Origin: Solirubrobacterales bacterium
Lineage (GTDB): Bacteria > Actinomycetota > Thermoleophilia > Solirubrobacterales > Solirubrobacteraceae
Direction of reading: 5' to 3'
NCBI GenBank assembly: GCA_026392255.1
Contig: JAPLCJ010000049.1
Span: 6,921 to 70,920 of the forward strand
Length of the DNA stretch: 64,000 nucleotides
In this document: piece after piece, positions 29,433 through 39,072 of the stretch
Position numbering within the stretch: position 1 is the stretch's first letter
How the letters are laid out: the number at the start of each line of letters is the position of its first letter
Notes under the pieces: generated by a model
What the model saw: the letters and a program-made list of their open reading frames with translations, nothing else
What the model was told of the DNA's origin: nothing
The model's database searches: none
Translations under genes and position numbers: made by a program

Positions 29433-29484
29433 CCTTGCCTACGGTCGCAGCGAGCTGACCGTTCCTGACAGAGCACCCAACTGC

Positions 29485-31818
29485 TCAGTCCTGCTCCGCG
29501 GCTGTGTCGATGGCGTCCGGCTCAACACTGGGCGCCGGCTCCTTCTTGGCAGCAGGCTTCTTCTTCGAGGCCGGCTTCTTCTTGGCAGCAGGCTTCTTCT
29601 TGGCAGCAGGCTTCTTTTTCGCAGCAGGCTTCTTGGCAGCTCCTGGAGCCGCCTTCTCAGCTGCTTCCTCTTCCAGCACGGCAGGCGGCTTGTAGCCGTC
29701 CTTGGCCCAGGCCTCGTCAAACTCGACCCGCCAGCGACCTTCCTCGTTCTGGAACAGCGCAAGCTTGGCTCGGAAGGACTTCCCGGCACGGCTTCTAAAC
29801 CCAGTTACCTGACGCTCGGTCTTGCCCGTGCGGATCAGTTCCTTGACGATCGTTGAATTCATTGTCTTGCCAGCCTTGGCCTTCCAGATCACAAACCCAC
29901 AGCCCGGATCATCCTTGGCCCAGCAGGAGTAGCCCTTGCGGTTCTCCATGATGTCGGCGCCACAGATTGGGCAGTGACCAAGGTTTGCCCTTGGCATGCG
30001 GACTCCTTCAAGCTTCTCGTCCAGCATCGCCACGGTCTCCTTGGCAAAGGCTGCGATGTCGCCGATGAAGGCGTCCTTCTTCTCCTCACCCTTGGCGATC
30101 TTCTCTAGACGCGCTTCCCACTCACCAGTCAGTGCGGGTGAGGTGAGGGGGTGATCACCGAGCAGGCGGATTACGTTGACGCCCTTCTCAGTGCAGACAA
30201 GAGCTCGGCCGTCACGTTCGATGTAGCCACGGGCGATCAGTGTCTCGATGATCCCGGCTCGCGTGGCTGGCGTGCCGATGCCCGACTCCTTCATTGCCTC
30301 GCGGGCCTCTTCGTCGTCAACCTCCTTGCCGGCGGTCTCCATTGCCTCAAGCAGCTTGCCGTCTGAGTAGCGCTGTGGCGGCTTAGTTTCCTTGCGCTCT
30401 CCCTCAACGCTGAGCACCTTGACCTGCTCGCCCTCCGTCAGCTTGGGAAGCAACTCATCCGAGCGGGGGTCACCGTCAATACCGCGCCAACCTGGGACAG
30501 CCAAGACCCGGCCTCGGGTGCGGTACTTGTAACCAGCTACCTCGGTCTCCAAGGTGGTGTTCTCCGCAATCGAATCCGGATGGAAGACAGCGAGGAACCT
30601 GCGAGCCACAAGGTCGTAGATCTTGCGCTCGTCTTCACTGAACTTGGCGATTGGATGCGAGTCAGTGTTGGTCGGAATGATGGCGTGGTGGTCGCCGACC
30701 TTTTCGTTGTTGACAACTTTTCCAATCGGCAGCGAGTCCAGCCCGATCACGAAAGTGGCCGCCTGGGCGTATTCGCTTGATGTGCGACCGACGACTTCTG
30801 CGATCTGCTTGATCTCCGGGACCATGTCTGTTGTCAAGTAACGGGAGTTGGTCCTTGGGTAGGAGAGCGCCTTGTGCTGCTCATATAGCTTCTGGGCGGC
30901 GCTGAGTGTCCTCCGGGCAGTGAATCCGTAGCGACTGCTGGCCTCCCTCTGCAAGGAGGTGAGGTCGAACAGGAGCGGTGCCTTGTCGCGGCGCTCACGC
31001 ATCTCAAGCCTGACGACGGTGCCTTGGCCATCACGTGTGGCCTCTACTGCCTCGTCTGCAAGCTTCTCCTCAGCTAGACGATCGCCGACCTCGGCCATCA
31101 GCACACCGCTATAGACCTCGCCAGCATCAGTGCTGAAGCTGGAGGTGACCTGCCAGTAAGGAACTGGGATGTGAGCGGAGATCTCCTCCTCACGGCGAGC
31201 GAGGATCGCAAGCGTCGGGGTTTGTACCCGGCCTAGCGAGACAGCGCCGTCAAACGATGTGCGAAGGCGAATTGTTGCTGCGCGGGTTGCATTCATGCCG
31301 ACTATCCAGTCAGCCTCCTGTCGCGCTCTGGCGGCTGATTCGAGGGGCTCAAGCTCCACACCTGGCCGGAGATGACCAAACGCATCCTCGATCGCTGCCT
31401 TAGTCATCGATGCAAGCCAGAGGCGTTGAACGGGAAGATCGCACTTGGCTTGGTGGTAACAGAGCGCAAAGATCAGCTCGCCCTCTCGCCCTGCGTCGCA
31501 AGCGTTAATGACAGCGTCGACGTCATCCCGCTTGAGCTGGCGCTTAACGATGTTGAATTGCACCTTGGAGCGGTCGTCAACTACGTGCTTGAACTTGAAG
31601 CCGTCAGGAACGATGGGGAGCTCCTCCATCTTCCAGCTCTTCCACTTCTTATCGTAGTCCTCGGGTTCAGCCAGCTGGACGAGGTGGCCAACCGCCCAAG
31701 TGATGACGTGGTCAGGCCCTTCAAGAAAGCCCTTCCCTTTTTTGAATGGGCCGGGCAGCACTCGAGCCAGGTCGGTGCCTACGGAAGGTTTCTCAGCGAG
31801 TACGACTGTCTTTGCCAT
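29485..31818 (-). CDS. topB: Type IA DNA topoisomerase, TopB (topoisomerase III)-like, with a zinc ribbon and a KKPAAK-repeat tail
   Basis: The N-terminus MAKTVVLAEKPSVGTDLARVL...ITWAVGHLVQLAEPEDY...ACDAGREGELIF...RLWLASMT closely resembles Bacillus TopB as I recall it. The C-terminus has CPICGADIMENRKGYSCW and AAKKPAAKKKPAAKKKPAAKKKPASKKKPAAKKEPA. Confidence 0.9.
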   Translation of the reverse strand: MAKTVVLAEKPSVGTDLARVLPGPFKKGKGFLEGPDHVITWAVGHLVQLAEPEDYDKKWKSWKMEELPIVPDGFKFKHVVDDRSKVQFNIVKRQLKRDDVDAVINACDAGREGELIFALCYHQAKCDLPVQRLWLASMTKAAIEDAFGHLRPGVELEPLESAARARQEADWIVGMNATRAATIRLRTSFDGAVSLGRVQTPTLAILARREEEISAHIPVPYWQVTSSFSTDAGEVYSGVLMAEVGDRLAEEKLADEAVEATRDGQGTVVRLEMRERRDKAPLLFDLTSLQREASSRYGFTARRTLSAAQKLYEQHKALSYPRTNSRYLTTDMVPEIKQIAEVVGRTSSEYAQAATFVIGLDSLPIGKVVNNEKVGDHHAIIPTNTDSHPIAKFSEDERKIYDLVARRFLAVFHPDSIAENTTLETEVAGYKYRTRGRVLAVPGWRGIDGDPRSDELLPKLTEGEQVKVLSVEGERKETKPPQRYSDGKLLEAMETAGKEVDDEEAREAMKESGIGTPATRAGIIETLIARGYIERDGRALVCTEKGVNVIRLLGDHPLTSPALTGEWEARLEKIAKGEEKKDAFIGDIAAFAKETVAMLDEKLEGVRMPRANLGHCPICGADIMENRKGYSCWAKDDPGCGFVIWKAKAGKTMNSTIVKELIRTGKTERQVTGFRSRAGKSFRAKLALFQNEEGRWRVEFDEAWAKDGYKPPAVLEEEAAEKAAPGAAKKPAAKKKPAAKKKPAAKKKPASKKKPAAKKEPAPSVEPDAIDTAAEQD
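29541..29640. repeat. In-frame tandem repeats of about 18 bp encoding (KKPAAK)n in the topB 3' end
   Basis: The plus strand shows reiterated cttcttggcagcaggctt units. Confidence 0.8.
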
Positions 31819-31867
31819 CGGCGCGGCACAGTAGCGGCCATTGAAGGTGAACCAAGGTCTGGCCTAC

Positions 31868-33025
31868 TCAGCGCCCACACGGACCCGTAGGGTCCCGCTT
31901 GCCAGATTTGGCACGTAGAAGCTCCTTGCTGACAACTGATGGTGGAATGGAAAAGCCCCCTTGCGGCCCGCCACCATTGGTTCTAGCGAAGACGGTGCCG
32001 ACCACACGACCACGCTGGTCAATGACCGGACCACCCGAATTTCCGGGCTTAACATTGCCCCGCAAGATTGTGATTGTCCGTCGCACCTTCTTGCGTCCAT
32101 AAGCATCTTGTGTAATTGCGAGCAGCGTTTGCCCGACCCGCGCTGCCGAGGTCGTAAAGGCACCGTCTAACGGATAACCAAGGATCACAGCCGTTGTCCC
32201 CGCTTTCGGGTCCGACCCAATCCGAAGGGCGGGAACAGAGAGCCCTGGGACTCCGATAACAGCGACGTCATCATGCCTGTTGAAGGTCAGGACACCTGAA
32301 CTCAGACCCAAGCCGCTACCTCCCACCTCAACCGACGGGGAGCCATCCCCAGCGACGACATGAGCGTTGGTGACCACAAGCCCTGGCCCAGCAACCCAGC
32401 CCGTGCCCTCCACTGAGAAACCACATGCCTTAGCTCTGATCCGAACCACCCCAGCCCGATCAGCCCTAACAGCACTCGACTTCAGAATTGCAGGGTCTGG
32501 CTTGCCCACCAGCACCGGAGTCAGCCCACTAACCGCTGGAAGAGGGTCAAAGGCACTGATCCACCCCAACAGCTGATCCGCCGGGGGCGCGACACCGCCA
32601 ATAAGGGACACGACCTGAGATGCCCGGATCTCTCTTCTTACCGAATCCAACCCTGGGAGTTGCACCACGACGACTGCTCCAAGCCACACGACAGCTACGC
32701 CCACCACTAGGCCAAAAATGCCGCCTAGGAGGCGGTCGAACATTCCCACGAAGGGGAGCGGCAACGCCTTTCGGAGCTTGATGCCAACTCGTTCCAAAAC
32801 GATCGCCATCCCAGCACCACCCACCGCTGCGCCAATCAGGGCGATCATCGGTGCATAGGGCGAGCGCTCACCTTGCTCCAAGAGCAGCGGGGCAAGGCGC
32901 GCGGCCAGAAGTGCCCCGCCAAAGAATCCAGCCAAGGAAAGCGCTCCGCCAATAAGACCCGCGCGTCGTCCTTGCCACCCCGTCAGGCCGATGACGGCGA
33001 TGAGAATCCAGTCGAAAGTGGTCAT
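31868..33025 (-). CDS. MarP-like membrane serine protease (CvpA domain fused to an S1C trypsin-like domain)
   Basis: The N-terminal TM region reads MTTFDWILIAVIGLTGWQGRRAGLIGGALSLAGFFGG (CvpA-like). The C-terminus has TNAHVVAG and GNSGGPVID, the catalytic His and Ser motifs. The start is trimmed to the ATG at 33025. Confidence 0.8.
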   Translation of the reverse strand: MTTFDWILIAVIGLTGWQGRRAGLIGGALSLAGFFGGALLAARLAPLLLEQGERSPYAPMIALIGAAVGGAGMAIVLERVGIKLRKALPLPFVGMFDRLLGGIFGLVVGVAVVWLGAVVVVQLPGLDSVRREIRASQVVSLIGGVAPPADQLLGWISAFDPLPAVSGLTPVLVGKPDPAILKSSAVRADRAGVVRIRAKACGFSVEGTGWVAGPGLVVTNAHVVAGDGSPSVEVGGSGLGLSSGVLTFNRHDDVAVIGVPGLSVPALRIGSDPKAGTTAVILGYPLDGAFTTSAARVGQTLLAITQDAYGRKKVRRTITILRGNVKPGNSGGPVIDQRGRVVGTVFARTNGGGPQGGFSIPPSVVSKELLRAKSGKRDPTGPCGR

Positions 33026-33103
33026 CGCCCCAACACACGAACAACCATACGGCCCGCCCCTGACCACCCCAAAACGCCACCTCGGGATCTACCCTCTCTG
33101 CTG

Positions 33104-34846
33104 ATGAGCAAGCCACTCCCGCCAAGTGACCCAATCGCCCTGCGCCGCAAGGCTGCTGTCGGCCTCAGCGCACTCGCACTGACAGCGATCGTCGCAGCTG
33201 GCTTGATCTGTGGTGACGACGGTGGAAGAGGGGTCGCGAGGAGCTACGCAGCCGCTTGGGCACGGCAGGACTTCCAGGCCATGTACAGCCAACTTTCCAA
33301 GGAATCCAAAGCGAAGCTGAGCTTCACGAGCTTCTCTACCCAGCAGTCCGAGGCGCTCGCCACTGCCACCGTTAGGCGCCTCACCGCCCACGACGCAGGG
33401 AAGGTCTCTGACAACGCTTCCCAAGTCCCCTTCACAGTTGAAACCCGCGCATTTGGAACTCTCAGACTCACTGCTCGGATCCCGTTGACCGCCGACAACT
33501 CCGATGCCAGTGTTGTTTGGAGTTCAAGCCTTCTGCTTCCGGGATTGCGCCGAGGTGAGTCCCTCAGTCGAACGACCTCGCTTCCCCCGCGCGCTGCACT
33601 CATTGCCGCTAATGGCGTTGCCCTCGCTGAGGGTCCTTTCCGCGTTTCAACAATCCCAGAGGTCGCATCTGAAGTCGTGGGAACCGTCGGCTCACCGGTG
33701 GGAGGCATCGGCTTGACCCTTAAGGGACTTGGCTATCCGGCAGATGCAGCCGTTGGAATCACCGGTTTGGAGCGCATCTTCCAGTCGAAACTTGCTGGGA
33801 CGCCCGGAGGCACGCTCTCCGCTGGAGCCAGACTGCTGGCAAACACCACACCCAAGCAAGGCAGAGCTGTCCGCACCACGATCGTGCCCTCCATCGAGCT
33901 AGCTGCAATCACTGCCATGGCTGGGCGTCAAGGTGGAGCAGCCGTGATCAGACCCAACACGGGCGAGATTCTGGCGCTCGCACGCAGTGCGTTCTCGGAA
34001 GTGGCCCCGCCGGGCTCAACGTTCAAGATCATCACCGCTGCCGCCGCGCTCGATTCCAAGGTTGCCACCCTCAAGACCGTCTACCCAGCTGCAACGAAAA
34101 CCGTCCTAGATGGGCATTCCATCCAGAACGCCAATGGCGAGTCATGCGGCGGGACCCTCGTCCAGAGCTTTGCGTATTCCTGCAACTCAGTCTTTGCTCC
34201 TCTGGGAGTCAAGGTTGGCGCAGCGCGACTCGTTGAGATGGCTGAGAATCTTGGCTTCAACCGCCCGCTCAAGAATATCCCCGGCGCATCGATCAGCCGG
34301 ATCCCCCAGGCTTCGGAGCTTCAAGGGGCTGATGCCGCCGGAACCAGCTCGATCGGACAAGGTCAAGTTGTTGCCTCAGCGCTAGAGATGGCCAGCGTTA
34401 CGGCGACGGTCGCAAACGGCGGAGTTAGAGCAGAGCCAACCCTAACCCTAGTCACTAGGCCCACAGCCACTAAGCGGGCGATGAGTCCAGAAGTCGCAAG
34501 GGCCATGCGGACGCTCATGCTTGCCGTTGTCAAATATGGAACAGGCATGTCTGCTGCCATCCCGGGCGTTGCCATTGCTGGCAAGACGGGTACAGCTGAG
34601 ATACGCAACACAGTCCCAATCGACCCCAATAACCCCGTGGACCCGAACGAACCCGTTGATCCAAATACCCCACTGGTTATCCCTAATGATCCGGCAAACA
34701 CTGACGCATGGTTTGTCGCATTCGCCCCTGCTTGGCATCCACGGATTGCGGTCTGCGTCCTGCTCGACGGAGCCGGACATGGTGGCGACACGGCGGCACC
34801 AGCAGCACGCGACATCCTCGTCGCGGCCCTTAAGAACCGCCGTTAA
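33104..34846 (+). CDS. Class B penicillin-binding protein (transpeptidase)
   Basis: It has the SxxK (GSTFKI), SxN (SCNSVF) and KTG (GKTGTAE) motifs and an N-terminal TM anchor. The start is trimmed to the ATG at 33104 (MSKPLPP). The longer track ORF overlaps the divergent marP-like gene. Confidence 0.9.
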   Translation: MSKPLPPSDPIALRRKAAVGLSALALTAIVAAGLICGDDGGRGVARSYAAAWARQDFQAMYSQLSKESKAKLSFTSFSTQQSEALATATVRRLTAHDAGKVSDNASQVPFTVETRAFGTLRLTARIPLTADNSDASVVWSSSLLLPGLRRGESLSRTTSLPPRAALIAANGVALAEGPFRVSTIPEVASEVVGTVGSPVGGIGLTLKGLGYPADAAVGITGLERIFQSKLAGTPGGTLSAGARLLANTTPKQGRAVRTTIVPSIELAAITAMAGRQGGAAVIRPNTGEILALARSAFSEVAPPGSTFKIITAAAALDSKVATLKTVYPAATKTVLDGHSIQNANGESCGGTLVQSFAYSCNSVFAPLGVKVGAARLVEMAENLGFNRPLKNIPGASISRIPQASELQGADAAGTSSIGQGQVVASALEMASVTATVANGGVRAEPTLTLVTRPTATKRAMSPEVARAMRTLMLAVVKYGTGMSAAIPGVAIAGKTGTAEIRNTVPIDPNNPVDPNEPVDPNTPLVIPNDPANTDAWFVAFAPAWHPRIAVCVLLDGAGHGGDTAAPAARDILVAALKNRR

Positions 34847-35421
34847 AGGTCGAGACTGATGACTGCGGCTGGCTTCTTGCCTGACGCCGAGTCGTAAATC
34901 TCAAGAACGAGTGGACGGTTCTGGTACACGTCGTTACTCAGCTTGAAGAGAAGAAGTGCGCCCTCACGAACAGGACCTGATCCCGCGATGGACGAGGCCG
35001 ATGGGTAAATCCAGTCGGGCTTAAGCGCCTCGGTTGGGTTCCACGCAAAGATGTTTGTCGCTGTGTTAAGCGCGATCGGCGTGTAGCGCTTGTCGGTTGT
35101 GTCAACCAGCTTGAACTTGGTTGCGAGCTTGGTATCGCTGTTGCCAAAGTTCTGGGCACGCAGAAATACCGCGAACCACTGCTCGCCAGGGCCAGGGGGA
35201 ACAGTCCCTGCCGGCAGCCCGACCAGGTAGCTGGCGTCCTCTGGAAGCTTCGAATTCAACGTCCGTGAAATCTGAACCTGATAGGCGACATCGTTGATGT
35301 CAACGTAAGCACCCTCGCCAGCGCCGACCGTCACATTCTCAGTCGAGCCGCAGGCAGAAGTGCCTGCTGCGAGGCACAGTGCGGCTACAACCGGAAGGAT
35401 TCTGCGAGGGGCGTTAATCAC
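34843..35421 (-). CDS. Putative lipoprotein (DUF4352-like beta-sandwich?)
   Basis: There is a lipobox LCLAAGTSAC after a basic N-region. The GTG start at 35421 avoids overlap with the upstream SRPBCC gene, but the start is uncertain (the track ATG is at 35529). Confidence 0.55.
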   Translation of the reverse strand: MINAPRRILPVVAALCLAAGTSACGSTENVTVGAGEGAYVDINDVAYQVQISRTLNSKLPEDASYLVGLPAGTVPPGPGEQWFAVFLRAQNFGNSDTKLATKFKLVDTTDKRYTPIALNTATNIFAWNPTEALKPDWIYPSASSIAGSGPVREGALLLFKLSNDVYQNRPLVLEIYDSASGKKPAAVISLDL

Positions 35422-35432
35422 GGTGCGAGAGT

Positions 35433-35927
35433 CTACCCACCAGCGACCGTGACTCGCTCGCCGCGACCCCGGTCCTGTTCGAGGATTGTCTTCATTCGCG
35501 AGACAGAACGGTTCATTTTCCGCTTCCACCAGCCCTTACCGCCGACTATCTCCAAAAGACGGTCTGACATCTTCGAGGGCACTGTTTGCCAAGTCCACTC
35601 CACGCGCGTTGACCCACCCGAAGCCTGCGTGAGCGTCATGACACTCATGGCCTTGACTCGGTTCATCTTGCCCCCGGCGCCTCTAGCCACAATGCGGTGG
35701 GGTTGCTCGGTGTCAACGTAGATCAGATCTGACCAGTCAAACCGGTTCATCGGAGCGCCAATCCTGAACCGTGCTCCGGCACCTTTGCCCTTTGAATTCT
35801 CTCGAGTCAAGTGCCATCCGCTCAGGAAATGGTCTGTGTACTCAGACATGTTGGCGATATCAACGAGGTAGTCGAAGACTTCCTCTCGCGGGCGGGCGAT
35901 CGTTGTGTTGACGGTGACCGGGTTCAT
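35433..35927 (-). CDS. SRPBCC (START/polyketide-cyclase-like) family protein
   Basis: 164 aa. The pattern MNPVTVNTTIARPREEVFDYLVDIANMSEY...RIVARG...STRVEWTW is typical of the family. Confidence 0.7.
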   Translation of the reverse strand: MNPVTVNTTIARPREEVFDYLVDIANMSEYTDHFLSGWHLTRENSKGKGAGARFRIGAPMNRFDWSDLIYVDTEQPHRIVARGAGGKMNRVKAMSVMTLTQASGGSTRVEWTWQTVPSKMSDRLLEIVGGKGWWKRKMNRSVSRMKTILEQDRGRGERVTVAGG

Positions 35928-36014
35928 CTAGAGCGTCAGTCTAATGGGGCCGCAAGCCGACGTGAGTGACGTGGCGCGCACGCAGATGCGCCTTGTGGGC
36001 TTACACTGCCAACG

Positions 36015-36803
36015 ATGGCTCGGACGATCGCTGTGCTCTCACAAAAGGGCGGAACCGGCAAGACGACAACGGTGAGGACCCTCACCGACGCTTTCAGGCG
36101 GGCGGGCCTCCGTGTTCTGGCCATTGACTTGGATCCTCAGGGCAACCTCTCTGACTACTTCGATCTTGACCCCGACGCAGCCCCTACGGTCGCCGAAGTG
36201 CTGCTTGACCGTGCCACCGCAGCCGAGGCAATCCATAACGACGTGATCCCAGCGAACTTGGGGCTCGCTGAAGCTGAGCTGGTATTGGGCGGAAAGATGG
36301 GAAGGGAACTAACCCTCCGTAAAGCACTTGGTGATGTTGGTGACACCTACGACCTGGTCATGATCGACTGCCCTCCCGCACTTGGCCTTCTCACAGTTAA
36401 CGCGCTTGTCGCAGCTGACCACGCCCTGATCTCATCCGAAGCCCAGTACTTCGCAATGCAAGGTGTTGAACAGGCGCTGGAGGTAATTGAGCTCGCGCGG
36501 GACGGACTCAATCCTCAGCTCGACTGGCTCGGTGTGATCCTCAACATCGCCGACCTTCGAACCGTTCATTCGCGTGAGGCTAGGCAGGCACTTCTGGAGC
36601 ATGTCGGCGACCGTCTGATCGATCCCCCAATTCGCGCGTCGATCGCCTACGCCGAGTCAGCCGAACGGGGACTCTCAATCCTTGACCATCGGCCAGACCT
36701 AGCCAGCGACTACCTCAAGATCGGTGCTGAAATCGCCCGTCGCGTCCAGCAGCCGGAAGCCGCCGCAAAGCTTGAGGCAATGATCGAGCCCGACTCCGCC
36801 TAG
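36015..36803 (+). CDS. ParA/Soj-family P-loop ATPase (orphan)
   Basis: It has the deviant Walker A motif VLSQKGGTGKTTT and DLVMIDCPPALG. There is no adjacent parB. Confidence 0.85.
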   Translation: MARTIAVLSQKGGTGKTTTVRTLTDAFRRAGLRVLAIDLDPQGNLSDYFDLDPDAAPTVAEVLLDRATAAEAIHNDVIPANLGLAEAELVLGGKMGRELTLRKALGDVGDTYDLVMIDCPPALGLLTVNALVAADHALISSEAQYFAMQGVEQALEVIELARDGLNPQLDWLGVILNIADLRTVHSREARQALLEHVGDRLIDPPIRASIAYAESAERGLSILDHRPDLASDYLKIGAEIARRVQQPEAAAKLEAMIEPDSA

Positions 36804-37213
36804 GAGTCAGAACTGGCGCCGGGCTCCTGCGGGACTCCGCCGGCGGCTTCAATCCGAGCGCCCATCGCCTGAGCCAACGCAATAGCTGACTTCAGCGGCC
36901 GCACCATGACAGTGAATGTCTTGATCAGGCCGTCATCACCAAGGTCAAGAAGGTCCACGCCTTCGATCTCTAACTCGCCGACATTGGCTCGAAACCGAAG
37001 CATGTGACTGGTGCCCTGCTCAATATCGTCGACGTAAGTGAAGTTCTCAAAAACCTGCGAGACATGCTCGAGGAGAGTCGAGACCACGAGCTTGGAGTGG
37101 TACCCCTTGAAAGCCACAGGGCTGTAAAAGACGACGTCGTCAGCTAGGCAGGCCTTCATGCGCTCCACGTCCATCGTCTCAACGGCTGCTCTGAACTGGT
37201 CTCCCGTGCTCAT
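36800..37213 (-). CDS. SnoaL/NTF2-like fold protein
   Basis: 137 aa. The N-terminus FRAAVETMDVERMKACLADDVVFYSP resembles SnoaL-like domains. Its ATG overlaps the thrB stop as ATGA (37210-37213). Confidence 0.5.
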   Translation of the reverse strand: MSTGDQFRAAVETMDVERMKACLADDVVFYSPVAFKGYHSKLVVSTLLEHVSQVFENFTYVDDIEQGTSHMLRFRANVGELEIEGVDLLDLGDDGLIKTFTVMVRPLKSAIALAQAMGARIEAAGGVPQEPGASSDS

Positions 37214-38064
37214 GCGACAGGAACTCCGTCCACTGTTGCGCCAACCGGTTCAAAGTCGACAGCCATAACGGTTGCCCATTCGCCTGCATGGTCGCTTAGC
37301 CGCTCTCTAACGGCATCCGCAGCCGAATCTTCAACCCAGACAAGAACTGCTGATCCTGAGCCGGAGATGGTCGCTCCGATAGCCCCGAGTTCTGTCACCT
37401 TGCCAAGTAGCTCCCAAGAGTTCGGGTAAAGGGCCGAACGCCGGCGCTGGTGGACCTGATCGTGGAGCCCCTTCGCGATCAACTCCTTGTCGCCACTCGC
37501 CAGCCCTGCTCCAAGCAATAGTGCGTATCCCGCGTTGGCAACCGCGTCAGCGATAGGTACCTCGGCTGGGAGAACATCTCTGGCTGCCTCGGTGTGGACG
37601 CTGTGCTGAGGGACAACCACAAGTCCGCTGATTGAGTCTGGGACAGTCAAGTTGGTGACCTGCCCGCCTACATGGACAGCGACTCCGCCGTGATAGGCGG
37701 CCGTTGAGTTGTCAGCAACACCATCAACCTCAATTGCCAAGGCCAGCGGGTCATTGCACTCCCCGCCAAGTGCTTTGGCAGCAAGGATTCCCGCAAGCAC
37801 TGCACAAGCGCTGGAGCCGAGGCCGCCGCAGAGTGGAATCTCCGATTCGACTGTGAACCGAATGCCGTCCGCGGGGAGCACTCGCTCGAACGCCTGGACC
37901 AGAAGGTTAGACCGGTCAGAAGGCACATCAATATTCGTGGTGATCGAGAACTCATCCGCTCGTTCAGCATTCAATACAAGCCGCGGGGATAGAGCAGCGG
38001 CAACCGAATCAAACCCAGGTCCAAGATTGGCGGATGTCGCCGGAACGCTTACGCGGACGGTCAT
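37210..38064 (-). CDS. thrB: Homoserine kinase
   Basis: It has the GHMP kinase motifs [13 protein letters not shown] and [10 protein letters not shown]. The start is trimmed to the ATG at 38064, which overlaps the thrC stop as ATGA (38061-38064). Confidence 0.9.
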   Translation of the reverse strand: MTVRVSVPATSANLGPGFDSVAAALSPRLVLNAERADEFSITTNIDVPSDRSNLLVQAFERVLPADGIRFTVESEIPLCGGLGSSACAVLAGILAAKALGGECNDPLALAIEVDGVADNSTAAYHGGVAVHVGGQVTNLTVPDSISGLVVVPQHSVHTEAARDVLPAEVPIADAVANAGYALLLGAGLASGDKELIAKGLHDQVHQRRRSALYPNSWELLGKVTELGAIGATISGSGSAVLVWVEDSAADAVRERLSDHAGEWATVMAVDFEPVGATVDGVPVA

Positions 38065-39071
38065 CCCAAGACCACTGCTCGCAGTGCCTCGATGTCCACC
38101 TCGCACGGCGTCACCCCGCCACCTTGGGCAAGAGCAGTGTCCGGGTCCTTGAGGCCGTTACCGGTCAGCACGCAGACCACGTCCTCCACCCCGTCTGCTC
38201 CGTGGACAAGTAGTCCCGCTACGGATGCAGCCGATGCTGGCTCGCAGAACACACCCTCTTTGTTTGCTAGCAGTCGGTACGCCTCAAGAATCTGCTCGTC
38301 GGTAACCGTCCTCACCGAGCCATTCGACTCAGCGAACGCAGTCTCAGCCTCGGTCCAACGGGCCGGATTGCCAATTCTGATCGCAGTTGCGATGGTCTCA
38401 GGATTTTCGACCGGATGGCCGAGCACAAGCGGCGCGGCGCCCGCGGCTTGGAATCCGAACATACGGGGTGCTGCGCCCACCTCTTGAAAGCCCTTCCACC
38501 AAGCAGTGACGTTGCCCGCATTGCCAACTGGAATCGCCAATGCAGCAAGGTCTGGCAGTACGTCGTGGATCTCAAAGGCACCCGTCTTCTGCCCCTCAAT
38601 CCGAAACGGATTGACAGAGTTCACGAGAGCAACCGGCTCTGTCTCAACCAGTTCCCTCACGAGCTTGAGTGCTTCATCAAAGTTGCCGTCTAGGCCAATC
38701 ACTCGAGCCCCATGGATCAGCGATTGGGCCAGCTTGCCCTGAGCGATCTTGCCGCCGGGCACAACCACCGCACAGGTGATGCCAGCTCGAGCTGCATAGG
38801 CGGCCGCACTGGCAGCCGTGTTCCCCGTGGACGCGCAAATGACAGCATTGGAACCGTCTCGTACGGCGGCGGAGACAGCGCAGGTCATCCCCCTGTCCTT
38901 GAACGATCCCGTCGGGTTGAGGCCTTCAAGCTTGAGCCAAACACGCGCACCAACGCGCTCACTGATCTCGCAGGCGTAGATCATCGGCGTGTTCCCCTCG
39001 CCGAGGCTGATGATCGGGTCACCCTTCTCGAAGGGGAGCCTGTCCATGTGGCGTTCGATCAAACCTGGCAT
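38061..39071 (-). CDS. thrC: Threonine synthase
   Basis: It has GNTPMI...[18 protein letters not shown] (PLP lysine motif). The start is trimmed to MPGLIERH (ATG at 39071), 1 nt after the hom stop. Confidence 0.92.
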   Translation of the reverse strand: MPGLIERHMDRLPFEKGDPIISLGEGNTPMIYACEISERVGARVWLKLEGLNPTGSFKDRGMTCAVSAAVRDGSNAVICASTGNTAASAAAYAARAGITCAVVVPGGKIAQGKLAQSLIHGARVIGLDGNFDEALKLVRELVETEPVALVNSVNPFRIEGQKTGAFEIHDVLPDLAALAIPVGNAGNVTAWWKGFQEVGAAPRMFGFQAAGAAPLVLGHPVENPETIATAIRIGNPARWTEAETAFAESNGSVRTVTDEQILEAYRLLANKEGVFCEPASAASVAGLLVHGADGVEDVVCVLTGNGLKDPDTALAQGGGVTPCEVDIEALRAVVLG

Positions 39072-39072
39072 A

